From Lytechinus pictus (Eukaryota): a DNA stretch of 64,000 nt. The notes below the pieces were generated by a model that searched no databases, was not told where the DNA came from, and worked only from the letters and a program-made list of their open reading frames with translations. The stretch spans positions 14,386,001 through 14,450,000 of the forward strand of contig NC_087263.1 in the NCBI RefSeq assembly GCF_037042905.1, read 5' to 3'. Position numbers and translations under genes: made by a program. Below, piece by piece: positions 13,664 to 27,600 of this stretch; positions within the stretch are counted from its first letter, which is position 1; the number at the start of each line of letters is the position of its first letter.

Positions 13664-14835
13664 AATAAGGCCTATGTTTTTAATTACAGGAAATCACACA
13701 CAATATTTACATAATTAGACATGATCGTAAACAAACAAACAAAAATAAAACAACATTTAAAAACGTAAATTATAATATATCTTGAAATTGGCAACGGCAT
13801 GTCATGACTGTGCATTTATGCCTGGGAAGCTAGCTAGCTGCGGCCGGTCTAGTACCGTATACGCAGTGCATCAGTACCGGGTGCGCTGGGCATGGCAAGA
13901 CCGTGACTACGTTCGGAGTTCTGACGGAGAAGAAAAGATGGAAATAACTTCCACCAAAAACATGATCTAGAAGTCGAATATGTCAAATGATCATCATTTA
14001 TAGGTATGAAATATGAATCAACGTTTATTTTTAAAGAAAATCGTAAATTTCTATTTATGGGGAGAGTTTTACTTTTTAGAATGCATTTTTCGTAAATAAC
14101 GTCTCGTGCACAAGCTACCACAGACTACGAGCCGGGCTGCAGCGGCAAATTTAAAATTGAATATTAATTTAAGGAGGTCGTTCGAAACTAGCTATTCATC
14201 GACCATTTTACGTGACAACTAGCTTCGGGGAAGTTAGGGGGCTGAATCGGTTATCTCTGTCCCTTTCTGGTCTCACAAAGGCCATAGTTTGACACTTAAT
14301 ATCTTCACTTTTTGGAAACCTTTGGAACTGGGAGTTGGTATGTTTGCTTTGATTTTGTTTTCTCTTTCATGTCATTGTAAATAAAAATGTGAAGACGTTC
14401 AAATAAAAATTTTAGGATTTCAATTTGTCAGGCCTATTTTAAGTTGCAATAATCAATATGCTTCAATTTCTTTGACTCTTTGAGTTTGACTGTCACTGTG
14501 GTGTGGATTTTTGAGTTGCACAAAAAATACTTTAATGTGGGTGGGGGCTCGGGGCGATTTCACTCCTGCCCCCGAAATGTGGAAAAATATTTGGGGTGTA
14601 GCTGTGTGGGCATGCTGGGCCGGGCTGAGGGTAGCCATCAATAAAAAATAATTCATTGGGGCTTACTTTTTAATGGAACTATAATTATTTTTAGGCCTAT
14701 TTAATTTTTATATAAATTTCATTTTTATATTGAGTTTCCCTGGTGTAGAGAGCTGAGTTTGGAGATGACGAGAGGGACGAGGAGGTGAGGGATGGCGATG
14801 GTGAGAGGGACGAGGATGTGAGGGATGGGGATGAT

Positions 14836-15151
14836 CATGGGAGGAAATCCCAGGGGGGGACGTGTCCCCCTACCAAAAATAGTAAGGGGGACACAATATC
14901 AAATGTCCACCCTACTATTTTTCTTCTTGAATAATGGAGAACAAATACATCATTCACAATCGAAATAATACATGTATTTAGGACTAAATCACCTTATATT
15001 GTTGAAAACCCTTTTTTTTTTTCTTGTCAATTATTTTGGGGTTAAAAATTGACCCTATATTTTGGGCGATAACCTTTTTTTTTAAATGCTTAATTGTCAA
15101 ATTTTCCAGCCCCTGATCCCCCCTACTTTTGGGGACAGATTTCCGCCCATG
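14836..15151. mobile_element. MITE with 8-bp TSD
   Basis: TIRs CATGGGAGGAAATC / GATTTCCGCCCATG; GGGATGAT duplicated. Confidence 0.8.
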
Positions 15152-15628
15152 GGGATGATGATAGGGACGAGGATGATGATAGGGATGAGGATGATGGGGA
15201 GGGATGGGGATGATAAGGTGAAAAGCCGGCAGAGATAGATTTAAGAAGAAAAATCCATCCGACGAATGCCGTCATGTAGATTCCGTCCCACATGATAACC
15301 CAAAACTTCACATATGGCTTTATTTTTGTTCTAAATCATGTTATGTGATGAAAAATCATACTAGGCCCTGCAAGTATTTGGGTTACATTGAAAGAAAATA
15401 AGGGTAATCTTTTTTTCCAATTATCAATAAATTAAATTGTTTATTCAATAAAAATGACGAATTTATGCTTTTGAATTTCATTTCTTTTACATATGTGGTT
15501 TTTCTTTTTGATTAAATTTATTTTATTACTTTTTTTTCATCACTGCATCATGATTTTTGTCTCACCTGGATAGCAGAGTGAGACTATATAGGCGCCGCTT
15601 TTCCGACGGCAGCGTCAACATCAAATCT

Positions 15629-15850
15629 TAAAGGGATGGTCCGGGCTGAAAGTATTTATAGCTAAATAAATAGAGTAGTATGCACTGAGCAAAATGTCGA
15701 AAATTTCATCAAAATCGGATAACAAAGTTAAAAAAGTTATTGAATTTTAAAGTTAAACAATATTTGTGAAAACAGTCGTCATGAATATTCATTAGGTGGG
15801 CTGATGATGTCACATCCCCACTTGTTCTTTTGTATTTTATTATATGAAAT
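15629..15850. mobile_element. Kolobok-like non-autonomous repeat; related copies near 15929, 33650, 40489, 54330, 56160 and 61461
   Basis: TTAA-AGGGATGGTCC start; shared motifs AAATTTCATCAAAATCGGAT, AAAGTTAT and GGTGGGCTGATGATGTCA. Confidence 0.6.
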
Positions 15851-16269
15851 TAAGGTTTATTCAAATCTTTTTTTTTTTATTGAAGAGACCACTCTTTCTC
15901 TAGAAAACAGAATAATAAATAAATCATTTAAAGGGATGCTCCGCAATGAAAATATTTATATATAAATAGATATAGTAACATCACATATTAAAGTGCTTAT
16001 TTCATAAAAATCTGATAACAAATAGGGGGGTTATTGAACTGAACGTTTAAAAATTAATCTAATTTCATATAATAAAATATAAAGAAAAAGTGAGGATATG
16101 ACATCATGAGCTTGCTTATTGAATATCCATGAAGACACGCCAGACCTGTTTCACCAGAATAATGCAAATCATTCTTTAAAATGCAGCGATAATTTTGTTA
16201 TTCCTTATCTGATTTTGATCAAATTTTCATTGTTTTCTTTGTTCAAATCATATCATTTTCAGCCTGGAG

Positions 16270-16425
16270 CAGGGGCCGCGGAAGGGTTTTCAAAGTGGGA
16301 GGGGCTGACCATGCTAAAAATCACAATCATATGGTAATTTTTACGTTTTTTGTACACGGTTTTGGAAAAAAGTGGGGGGGGGCTGAAGCCCCCCCCCCCC
16401 CCCCCCCCCGGTTCCGCGGCCCCTG
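16270..16425. mobile_element. MITE
   Basis: TIRs CAGGGGCCGCGGAA / TTCCGCGGCCCCTG; TGGAG on both flanks. Confidence 0.8.
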
Positions 16426-19400
16426 TGGAGTACCCCATTATCACTTATATATATAACTCATTAATATTGCCACAATTTGGTCCAGTTGTTCAAATTATCT
16501 AGTAAATACAAAATATTTTATTATTACAGAAGCTTGTCATTAGAGTCATTGAGAAGGTGATCATAGAGCTAATGCTTGTGTCAACAATTTATCAACTACG
16601 TGACCTGCAACTTGCATAATTTATGTAAATATATACCAAAAGTCAACAATTTTCTAACTGGTACACCTTAAATGATTACATCCATAATTATGATACCAGG
16701 AACTAGAAAATGTAGATTGGAAAACAACACTAGGGCAACTTAGTGTTAGATACAGATTAAAGTTTTCTAGAATGGGTGATATTCTATTCAGAGAAAAACA
16801 AAAACAACATCACTCCAAAGGAACTGCAAAAATTATTTGATAAAAACAAAACCCTCTTCATAGTTGCTCTTTGCAATATCGTATTGACCACCCTTCTCCT
16901 GTTTTTAAAACCCAGAAAAGCATGATTTGTTGCTACCCCCCCCACCCCCCTTCCATGTACCTGTCATTTCTTTGTATTTTCCCTCTTTTTCTTTGTTTTT
17001 TCTATTGATCGATGTATCAGTGTTTAGTATTGTTGTCTTTTTTTATACCAGTAATAGAATATAAATTTAATTGAAATGAGAGTGATGAACATAATGTGAA
17101 AGGGAGACAATGATAAGATAAGAATGGAGATAAAATATTACAGTTTACAGAATATAACATATACATGTATATTTCTATTTATTCAAAGTTCACAATTCAT
17201 TTTTATTCAGGTTTACATTTAAAATTTAAACAAGTTAATTAAGTGATTAAGTGATGCATTTTGGAACAATACTAAATTAAATACATTTTATATTGAATAA
17301 ACAATAATTGGTAAAAATACAAAACACAAAACTTCTAAATCTATTCTTTCCTCCTGTAAAAAATTACAAACTAAATGAAATGGACATTAGTTCCAGTGGC
17401 AAATCGGGGGGGGGGGGCACATTCCCCCCCTCCCCCCCTGAGAGGTACTCCAAAGGCAATTGCTTGTCAAATTTTTCCTGGGAAAAAATTATGATTTGGT
17501 AGTGAAGACCTTATGTCAAAAAATTCTTATACAAAATGCCCTCCGGCCCTGTAGGGAAATTTTGGATCCGCCCTTGATTATATTTCAAATGGGAATAAGA
17601 CCGAGTGGCCCTAAAACTTGATTGAAAAAAATATTCACAACTGCAGGGTAAGGCTTCAGTCTCCAAGCTCACGACTGTGCAAGTACATCCACTTCCATTG
17701 GCAATTCCGGCTGAATTCCACCCTGGCAGCCTGACATCCATCCTTACCAAGAAATAAAATTAAAGAAAGTAAATCGGGGAAAAACAAGGAATGGCACAAT
17801 GAATTACATCAATTTATTTTAAATCCTGTAAAAAATAAAAATAAGTAATAATTAGTTTAATTAAAAATTAAGCCCCCAAATAAAACATTTTTTCATTGAT
17901 GGCTACCCTCAGCCTGGCATGCCCACACAGATACACCTAGAACATTTTTACATTTCGGGGGCAGGAGTGAAAATGCTCCGAGCCCCACATAAGTATCTTT
18001 TCTGTGACTCAAATATCCACACCACAAAGTCAAAGAAATTGAGGCAGTAGCATACGCAGGATTTTTTAAAAGGGAGGGGGGTTCAAGCTGAATGAAATGT
18101 TGATCAACAAAAGAAAAAAAAAGTTCTTTACCACCAATTTTAGGTCGTTTCCTCCCAAAAAATTGACAAGCAAACAAACAAACCCCCCGCAAAAAAAAAA
18201 AATTAGGGGGGCCGGGGAATGGGTATAATTTTTTTTTAGGGTGATTGAACGCCTGTAACCACCCCCTGTGTACGCTACCAAATTGAAGCATAATTATTGC
18301 AACTCAAATCTCAGCTCTACACCAGCGAAACTCAGTATAAAAAATACAAATAAAATGTATATAAAAAATAGACCTAAAAATAATTAATTTAATAAAAAAT
18401 TAAGCCCCCAAATTAAACTTTTTTTTATTGATGGCTACCCTCATCCCGGCATGCCCACACAGCTACACCCCAAATATTTTTTCACATTTCGGGGGCAGGA
18501 GTGAAATCGCCCCGAGCCCTCACCCACGTTAAAGTATTTTTTGTGCGACTCAAACATCCATACCACAGTCACACTCAGAGTCAAAGAAATTGAAGCATAT
18601 TTGCAACTTAAACTCAATATAAAAAAATTTAAAAAAAATAAAATAAAAAATATAAAGGCCTAAAAGTAATAAATTTGATTAAAAATTAAGCCCCCCCAAA
18701 AAAAAAAAAAATGTGTGTTTTGTAATTTATATATTAAATATTAATTCAATCAAAAATAATCATCTTCATTGGTAACCAAAGTTGCTGTGAGAAAAAGTAG
18801 AATTCATTTTGCATTTGATGAATAAATTACAAGAAACAACATGACACACCCGAGTAACCCGATCAACATTTATTTGACGCTTAAATGGTTTCAAATTATC
18901 TTCATTCTTCACTCGCATTGAAAGTCGAGGTAAGAAAATATACGATGAGTAACGCATTTGAAATCATCAAAACATAAGATGGGAAAGAAAAACGATCTTA
19001 AGCGACACCATAGTAAAATCGCCATCGTTGTCAGAACGGAACTTTACTCCATTCACGGACGGTCATGCTCCAAAACTGAAATAACGTCATGTTTCAAATA
19101 TATTACCAAAGAAGATTAATTGATATTGGTGATTATATTGGCGACTAAAACTTACTAAATTTAATGAGTTTTGTGACAGGAAAGTGGTGAATCAGTGTCC
19201 ACGGATACCCGAACCCGAAAAATGAAAACCGTTATCCGTCCACGCGGGCGGAAACCGTTCGGATATCCGTTTGGTGGCAGCACTAGTCTGAGTGACTCGT
19301 TTTCATGATTTGGCTCGGGGTTCTTGGTTTCTTTTTTTTCTTATGTGTACTGTGTAGCCTTGGCGAAAGTAGACAGCTGTCTGTTTCGAGGAGTTTTCAA

Positions 19401-20208
19401 ACATTTTGATTTTTTTTTAATTTCTCCTCGGACACACTGAGTCACAGAGACGGCTCGCTATCGTGCAGCCACCATTAGGGGTTAACAATGCAAAATCCCC
19501 CCAACGGGGCTTGTCGATTTTTGTCTTTTTTTCATAAAAATATACGAAAAGAACTGTACCAAAATAAAGATTGTCATTCCGTTTTGGCCTGAAATGCACC
19601 AAAACGTGGAAAAATAAAATTAAAAGGGGAAAAAACTGACTTCGACTGTCACGCAACTTCAGTTTTCACTTCCCTGTTTTATCAGAACTTAATACATAAA
19701 CATATGGCCATGGGGCTTTACAGATCGAGCTAGAACTTTGTCTCTGTATTTGGTGAGTGGAGCCAACGGAGTTCACCGGAACAAGCAACCAATTAACAGA
19801 GACCGAAGCTTTTGGCGAAAGACAAAGTCTCAAAGAAATCAAGATGGCGACGTTAACACGCACGCAAGATTTCCTAGTCTTTTCATATTTTTCTCGTTTT
19901 TTAAATGAATTCTTGTTTAAAAATGAAATCAATATCGTAGAAATGTTGGAAATGAAGTTGTATCCCATTTACATGATTTAGGGCTAGATCTTTTAGAAGG
20001 AAAGTAGAAATCTTGGGGGTGAAAGTTTCAGTTTTTTTCGCGGTACACGCACATGAATGGTACGCAATCCCTGGCTCCGTAGAGAGTAAGCATACGTTAG
20101 TAAATGATTTTTACTCTATAGGAGTCTCCTGAGTACCCTCCCCCTTTCTTGCCTCACTTCATTTTCCTTTCTTCTCTACCTTCTTCACCCCTCTTTATTT
20201 TCTTCCCG

Positions 20209-20387
20209 GGGGCCGTTTCATAAAGCTGTTCGTAAGTTAAGAACGACTTCAAGAACGACTGGTGATCCTTTCTTACGCGCTAAACCATCGGCAATTAACA
20301 TTTTGGTATATACCATTTACCACAAGAAATGATCACCAGTCGTTCTTAAAGTCACTCTTGAATTACGATCAGCTTTATGAAACACCC
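20209..20387. mobile_element. Harbinger-like MITE
   Basis: Long imperfect TIRs GTTTCATAAAGCTG..AAGAACGAC / GTCGTTCTT..CAGCTTTATGAAAC. Confidence 0.7.
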
Positions 20388-20599
20388 ACCAGGTTTTGTT
20401 TGTCTTTTTTTTATTCTGTACCTTCTTTATCATAAGTTCTTATTCATAACCATCTGTTGGGAGTGTAGTATGTCCTGTGAGTGTGAGTCTCATCTCACAG
20501 TGAAGTTGTAACTCTTTTGAGTCTAATTTCAAGTGCAGTTCCCAGTTGTGAATGTCACTATTTTTAAAGCCTTTTTTTACTGTGATGAAGAAGGAGAAT

Positions 20600-20745
20600 C
20601 TAAGCTGTGACTGTTTAAAAGAATCGACGCTGGAGGACGTTACCATTAAACTGTTCCAAGATTGGATCACTGCTGAAAAGGTGGCCGCAAACGTTCAGAC
20701 GGCAATAAGTGGTGAAAAGTTTGGATGGATGGTCTCTTGGTACTG
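20600..20745 (-). mobile_element. CR1/L2 LINE 3' ORF2 remnant
   Basis: Minus-strand peptides RDHPSKLFTTYCRLNVCGHLFS and WNSLMVTSSSVDSFK resemble the CR1 ORF2 C-terminus. Confidence 0.65.
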
Positions 20746-21350
20746 CAATCTTTTTTATGTTGTTGTCCTTTTCCATCATCTCTTCATTTTTTTTTAGATT
20801 CCAGTTATGGACCTTCATAAAAAACTAGGCTCCTACATGTAAGCTTAATTATACTTTGTCATTAAAACAAGCTTCCAGTTGTCTCAATTTAAGGGGAAGC
20901 TCTCCCTAATTAAAGTTAAAAGTGGAAAAATTTTGTGAAGGTCTGATGAATATCCGCAATTCAAAGTTTTGGTATTGTGACATCACAAATGAGCAGCTCC
21001 TCCTGGACCTGGTCCTCCATGATGTGATAAATATAAAAAGTCCCCCAAAATACAAAATTCTCAAAAATTTTAAAGTGACTTTACTTATGTTGTTGGATAT
21101 CACCTTCTAGACTATACAAAAATGTATTTCTAGTCATTATATTCCATTAGAAATTTGGAATTTTGTGGAATTTGTAATATTACATGATATATGGGGAAGT
21201 TGCTCACATATGAAGTCACAATTAAAATTTTAGAAAATTTGAAGCTTTCTTCTTCTTTGATTGATTTTCATTGATCAAACCTTCACCGACTTTTTCACTA
21301 AATTTCCTGTTTCTTTCAAAACCGACTTATCCTCACGAACCTCCCCATAC

Positions 21351-21615
21351 TGGTGTGTTGGCTCAGTTTGTAGAGCGTCTGCCTCACAACCGGGAGGTCG
21401 GGAGTTCAAACCCGGCCTCAGACCAAAAGATGTTAAAAGATGGGAGTTGCTGCTACCTTGTTTGAATTTGACGTTCCAACAATTAAAGGAAAAGAGCCTT
21501 GTCGATCTGGCGCTGCATAGCGGCTGCCGGGCCCATTAATTGGGCCATATGAATTTTTTTAGTATTTAATTTCTTATGTCTATTTCGAACAATAAAATAT
21601 GGATTTTCATTTTAT
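21351..21615 (+). mobile_element. tRNA-derived SINE
   Basis: A box TGGCTCAGTTTG (21359-21370) and B box GAGTTCAAACC (21402-21412), followed by a tRNA-unrelated body. Confidence 0.8.
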
Positions 21616-21655
21616 TACAGTAACACTCATATTTTTTTGTTTTCCAATATGACAG

Positions 21656-21805
21656 CCTCATTCAGTCATTGAGGATGGTGAAGTACGAGCCAGTATCTTA
21701 GCCTCCGAGGCACGGAAAGCAGACCCCAAGAAAACTCAGCCAAATATCTTCACAAAGATCCTCAATAAAGAGATTCCAGCCGATATAATCTATGAAGATG
21801 ATCAA
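21656..21805 (+). CDS. HINT2: HINT2-like histidine triad nucleotide-binding protein, exon
   Basis: AG/GT bounded; PHSVIEDGEVRASILASEARKADPKKTQPNIFTKILNKEIPADIIYEDDQ. Confidence 0.93.
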
Positions 21806-22591
21806 GTAAGTCATATTGACCTTAGGCAAAAAATCATTTTTTTTTTTTTTGGGGGGGGGGGACTACTCTTCAACTTATTGTCTAAATCTGCAACATTATA
21901 TAAGTTTAACATTGAGATGAATCGGGGGTTTCTAGGGCTCCTTTTTAGCTTTCAGGTCTCTTTTGAGCATTTCGGGGGCTAAATCGCCCCAACCCCCTTG
22001 TATTTACTTAATTTTTATTTTTTCACAAAGGTGATGTGGTTTGAAGTGGTCAAATTTCACACACCCATAAGTGTATATTGAGAGAGAGTCTAGATATTTT
22101 TCTTTTAATACACAGAAGTTCTGACGAACAGACTTAGGCTGGTCTATATGTACCGTGTCAAAATAAAATAAATGAAAATGAAATGACTTTTTACCTAGAT
22201 ACGTCTTGTGCATATTTTTAATACCAAATTTGTGACATTCAAGTTCATGGTTCAGAAATTATGCATTATTTTGTACTTTCATATCAAACCAAAAATTGCT
22301 CAAAACGTGACTTCATGTACAAATCCAATAAAGTAATGTATGGATGGGGTCCAGCCCCCCCCCCCCCTGAAAATTGATGAACCAAACCCTTCTAGATTAT
22401 AGTAAAAAGACAAGTTTTAATTACAGTGAGCTTTTATCTATTGTAAATATTAAACCGCTGTTGCCTTTAACAGCAATTTCATTTTATTTGTCCAATTTGT
22501 TTCTTTCTTTCATTCTTTCTTTCTTTCTCTTTCTTTCTGTCTTTCAAATTTCTATTGTAATTAGTTGTGTATATTTTTCATGTACTCCTAG

Positions 22592-22987
<396 letters not shown>

Positions 22988-23275
22988 TGATTTTGGCAAA
23001 AAGAAGCTGCTGAAAACTGCTTATCTAATAAAAGAGAGCCAATGGAGTAAATTAGAAAGTCAAAAAGGGGCCTAAGCTTTCGCTCCTAGCAGAATCTTCG
23101 TCGGAGGCAAAATGACCTTTGATTTTGATTTTGTATAATCTGCATATCTGTTTTTAGGGCATACACATGCCCTCAATCTAGTAATGAATAGGTAAAGCCA
23201 CATTCAATTTAAGGGGCATTTACCAAGACTAAAAAAGACTTTAAAACACGCTTTTGTATCTTTCTTGTGAAACAG

Positions 23276-23348
23276 TTACTTGGACATCTGATGACCGTAG
23301 CCCGGAAGCTTGCTGACAAAGAGCCGTTGGATGATGGTTACAGAGTCG
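23276..23348 (+). CDS. HINT2: HINT2-like, exon
   Basis: AG/GTAAG bounded, ends in phase 1; LLGHLMTVARKLADKEPLDDGYRV. Confidence 0.95.
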
Positions 23349-24026
23349 GTAAGACAGCTGCCAGTTATAACAAAATGTAATATTTAAAAAAAAACTGCGA
23401 CAAAAATATGAGAATATGTGAGCGCGTGCATGAGATGAGGTACGAAATTGGAGCCCCCCAAAAAAAGGAAGAAAAAAGAAGAGGAGGCAAAAGATTTTGT
23501 TGAAATTGTAGGTAAAATGTATACAAGAAATCCTCTACATATTAAATCTTGTATAATCACCAAGAAGACAGCATTGTAGCTTGTAAAGCAAGAATAGAAG
23601 AATAGGGTAGATTGAGACACAAATTTTGAGTGAAAAGTACCACTGAAGGTACAGAATACAAATTTACTTTTCCAGAGGTTGGCAACTCTGGGGGTGCATA
23701 TTATTTGTAAATTTTATGTAGATTATTCAAACAAGCTATGAAAGAATCGCAATTACACCAATTCCTACCGAATTGAATATGCTACTACTATTATAATTAT
23801 TATCATCATCATCATCATCATTATTTTTTTTGTTTTAATGAGACATTTGGCTTTTGGCTAGTATTACATATATATCTTTGAACAGAAAACAACAACAATA
23901 CTTTAATTAATGAAATGTGAATGAAAAAAGGAAATGAAATGAAAAAATAAATGATTCAGGCACTTGTACATCTGTCACTCTTTGCGTATTGGAGAAACAA
24001 CCCAATTTTGTCAATGATTGTTCTGA

Positions 24027-24212
<186 letters not shown>

Positions 24213-24251
24213 GGTCTCCATCGGCTTGTCTGTGTGGGATTCTAAGATCCA

Positions 24252-24689
24252 TGGGAGTATTTCATTAAACAAATAATCAATGTTTTTTACTGACAACTTT
24301 TATTAGCTACTGGAATCTTTGCATTCGATTGGCTTAGAATAAATTAGTTGGTGAATATCACAAATGGTTATTTTCACTAAATCTTGTTATAAGCTATTGG
24401 AGCAAATCAGTTGGTGAATATCACAAATGGTTATTTTCACTGAATCTTGTTATAAGCTACTGATATCCCTGCATCCGATTGGCTCAGAACAAATTACTTG
24501 GTGAATATCACAGAAAGTCAGTAAGTTTTTCACTGACAGCTGTTATAAGAAACTGATATCCTTGAATCCGATTGGCTCAGAACAAATGGATATTTTCACT
24601 GAATATAGTTATAAGCTACTGATATCCTTGCATTCGATTGGCTCAGAACAAATTGGTGAATCACTATTTGCTTCATGAAATGCTCCCCA
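24252..24689. mobile_element. MITE containing ~60-80-bp internal tandem repeats
   Basis: TIRs GGGAGTATTTCAT / ATGAAATGCTCCC; repeated ATAAGCTACTGATATCC..CGATTGGCTCAGAACAAAT. Confidence 0.7.
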
Positions 24690-27600
24690 GGAAAGATTCC
24701 AAACTTCATTTGCATGGTAAAAGGTACCATACAAGTCATACTGGACGTTAAAAATCATGCCATGATTAATCAGTGATACCTTTATCATTATAAATAATCA
24801 TTTCTTATATGAAGATTAATCATTTTTTATGTGATGAGCAATTGTTTCCTAACATGATAAGCTGACATTTAGTGACAATTTTCATTTATCATTATATGTT
24901 AATAAGTTCTTCTATGGTAAGTAATTATTTCATAAGTGGGGAGTAGATATTTATTACTACTACTTCTATTACTATCCTCATTCATGCCCTGTGGCACATA
25001 AGGCCTCCATGCTTTCTTTCCATTTTTGGCGGTCTCTAGCATTATTATTTGTTAATTATTTTTTAAGTGGTTAGTAATTATTTTCTTTGATTAAAAGTGA
25101 TCCATCTGTCTGTGACCGCCACCCCCAAACCAACTGTAAGTTGCTGGTATTAGATTTTTTTTTTTTTTTTAGGGGGGGGGGTCACGAAACATATTTGTTA
25201 TTTGCAGCTGCCTTCTGTATTATTTTGCTTTCTATTTACCTATCCATAATAGATAGAAAAGTACATGTATATTACTTAGTAGCTTTAAGTAATCAAAGTA
25301 CTAGTTGGCATTCCTACCAAGTATTTGCCAAGCACCGTTTTTAGAAAATAGGGGCTTTCTTAGCTTAGATGGAGTAATACAGGCCAATTTCATTTTCAAT
25401 AAAAAAATCCTTAAAGGAATTCCAGGTCCCCTCATCTAACAAATATGATTGATGCATCTTATTCAATATTGATAGTAAGAAGTGATGTCTTATTTTGTTA
25501 TTCAGACCGCAGGATGCGCGAAAACCTATTGGATGTTGCAAGAAAATTCCAAATAAGGCATAAGTCCTTTGATTAAATGTAATTTCGTTTATTGACTTTT
25601 GATAATTGTAACTCAACTTCCTTGCCCCGCCCCCCTTTAATTGGTGAACCAAACACCCTAAAAGATGTTATTTGTTTGTAAAAAGTTTGTTCTTTCTAGC
25701 TAAGATTCTTCATGAAAGAGAAATATGAAGAAATTCTCAATTATTGACATGTATGAAGCATTTGGATTGCAATATTATAGGATGATATATTAAAATGGTG
25801 GAAAGTCAATCATTACCCAGTAATTTGTTGAATTTATGTTTCTAGCTTGTCACAATTTTGAACTTGGGTAATTTCATTTGTTTCATCCCATTGAGATTAC
25901 TTATGCTCAATCGCATCAATAAATGATGAAACAAATTTTGAATATAATAATATAGTATTTGTGAAGTTGTAATCAATTCTTTACACTCTGATTCAATTGC
26001 CCTCTATAGTGCTTTGCATAGAGCGAAATACAAACTGGTATTCCAGATTGGATGGAGTGATGTTGATGTATCAAAACTCCCTTTCCCATAGCTAACATAG
26101 AGGGCCTGATTCCCAAACCCTAATCCAGTGCCAACCCCCTCGGCTCCCCTTTTCATTATTGACAAGGAGGAGACTATGGATTGGGAGTCCGGCCCTCTAT
26201 ATGCTTTATTTCTAATTCGTCTGATACCAACTCGTCTACTATCATTTGGTCTACCACCAGTTCGTCCACTCACCACATGGTCTAATTTCATTTAGTCTAA
26301 TGCCATCCCGTCTAATAACCAGTTGGTCCAATAGCCATTTAGTCCATATACCATTTGGTCTAATTGGACTAAGTGTTAAATTGTGCAAAATGAAAGAAAA
26401 TTAAATGGATATTAGACCAACTGGTTATGAGAAGAAAATGGTCATAGAGTAGGTCAAAATGGTGATTGGACGAATTGATGATTGGACCAAATTGGCAATT
26501 TACACTCTATATTAGCTTTGGAAAGAGAGCTTCCATACATCAACATCCTTCCAGTCTGGGCCCTGTTGCATAAAAGATACTATTATGGTAACTTTGCCAT
26601 CCAATGGTTACTTCCCTGAAGTCCTTGGTTCTCATTGGCTGATTAGCACTGTTACCATGGTAATTACCATTCAATGGCAAAGTTAATATGATACTAGTTG
26701 TAGTAACCTTTATGCAAGGGGACATTTTGGACCTTGGAGTGAATATTTGGGGGGATGCAGAAAGGTTGAGAGAGTTGGTATGAGAAAATAGGGGGCAAAG
26801 AGAGAGTGAGTGAGAGACATAGAGAGGAGGAAGGAGCAGTGCCAGGGTATTTTTATTGGGGTGGGGGCAACTTTATATGTTACCCTTTTTCTCGCCATTA
26901 AATGAAGGTAAATAAATATACTGATTATTTTTTCCTTTTCCCACTTTCATGCATGGCCTACATGTAGGAAGCGGGGGTGTTGGGGTTGCTGAAGCACCCC
27001 CCAAACTTTCCTTGGGTGTGCTGTGTGTATTCTCCATAGGCAGCACTCCCAGGTATTCTGGAAGATGTGTAAAAATGGAGAAATGTAACCAAAATTACCT
27101 TCAGTTTGTAGTGAAACCCGCTCTTTCTTATTTTCAAATTTCTCTGGACGATTTGATCTTCATTTAGCAGTGTAAACTTTTTTCTTTCTTTTTTTTTGCT
27201 TTTCAAATTTCTCGGGATCAATTTGATTTCCATTTTGATCTGAAAACCTTTTTTTTTTCTTTTCAAATGTAGATCAGCACCCCAAGTAAAAAAAATCATT
27301 CCCAGTGACCCTGTTTTCATGTATATGGGGGTGCCAGGGATTCCACTTAGACTAAATTCTGAATTCAGACTTTTCCAACATAATATCGGCCTTTAGAAAA
27401 CATGTTTTTTTCTTGAAGGAAAGGGGTCATTCTATATCATTTTCAGGCTTTTTATTCTGAGGGCCTTTTTCATTCCATTCAAAATTGCATCGACTGCATG
27501 GTCACCAACCCCTTCCCCCTCCTTAAGCCCCGCCCTAGAGAGAGGGAGGAAAAAATAGTACGTGAAAGGGGAAGCTGGAAAGAAGGAGAATTGGGTGAAA

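Larger units (their letters stand above)
14440..18612. repeat. foldback-like long inverted repeat (~320-bp arms, right arm reiterated)
   Basis: 14440-14760 is an imperfect reverse complement of 18305-18612; a further copy at ~17860-18300 is interrupted by a MITE. Confidence 0.8.

Noticed and set aside
20552..20797. HINT first exon
   Set aside because: Better explained as the antisense of a CR1/L2 3' remnant
21351..21425. functional tRNA gene
   Set aside because: No proper acceptor stem or T-run terminator; it continues into a SINE body
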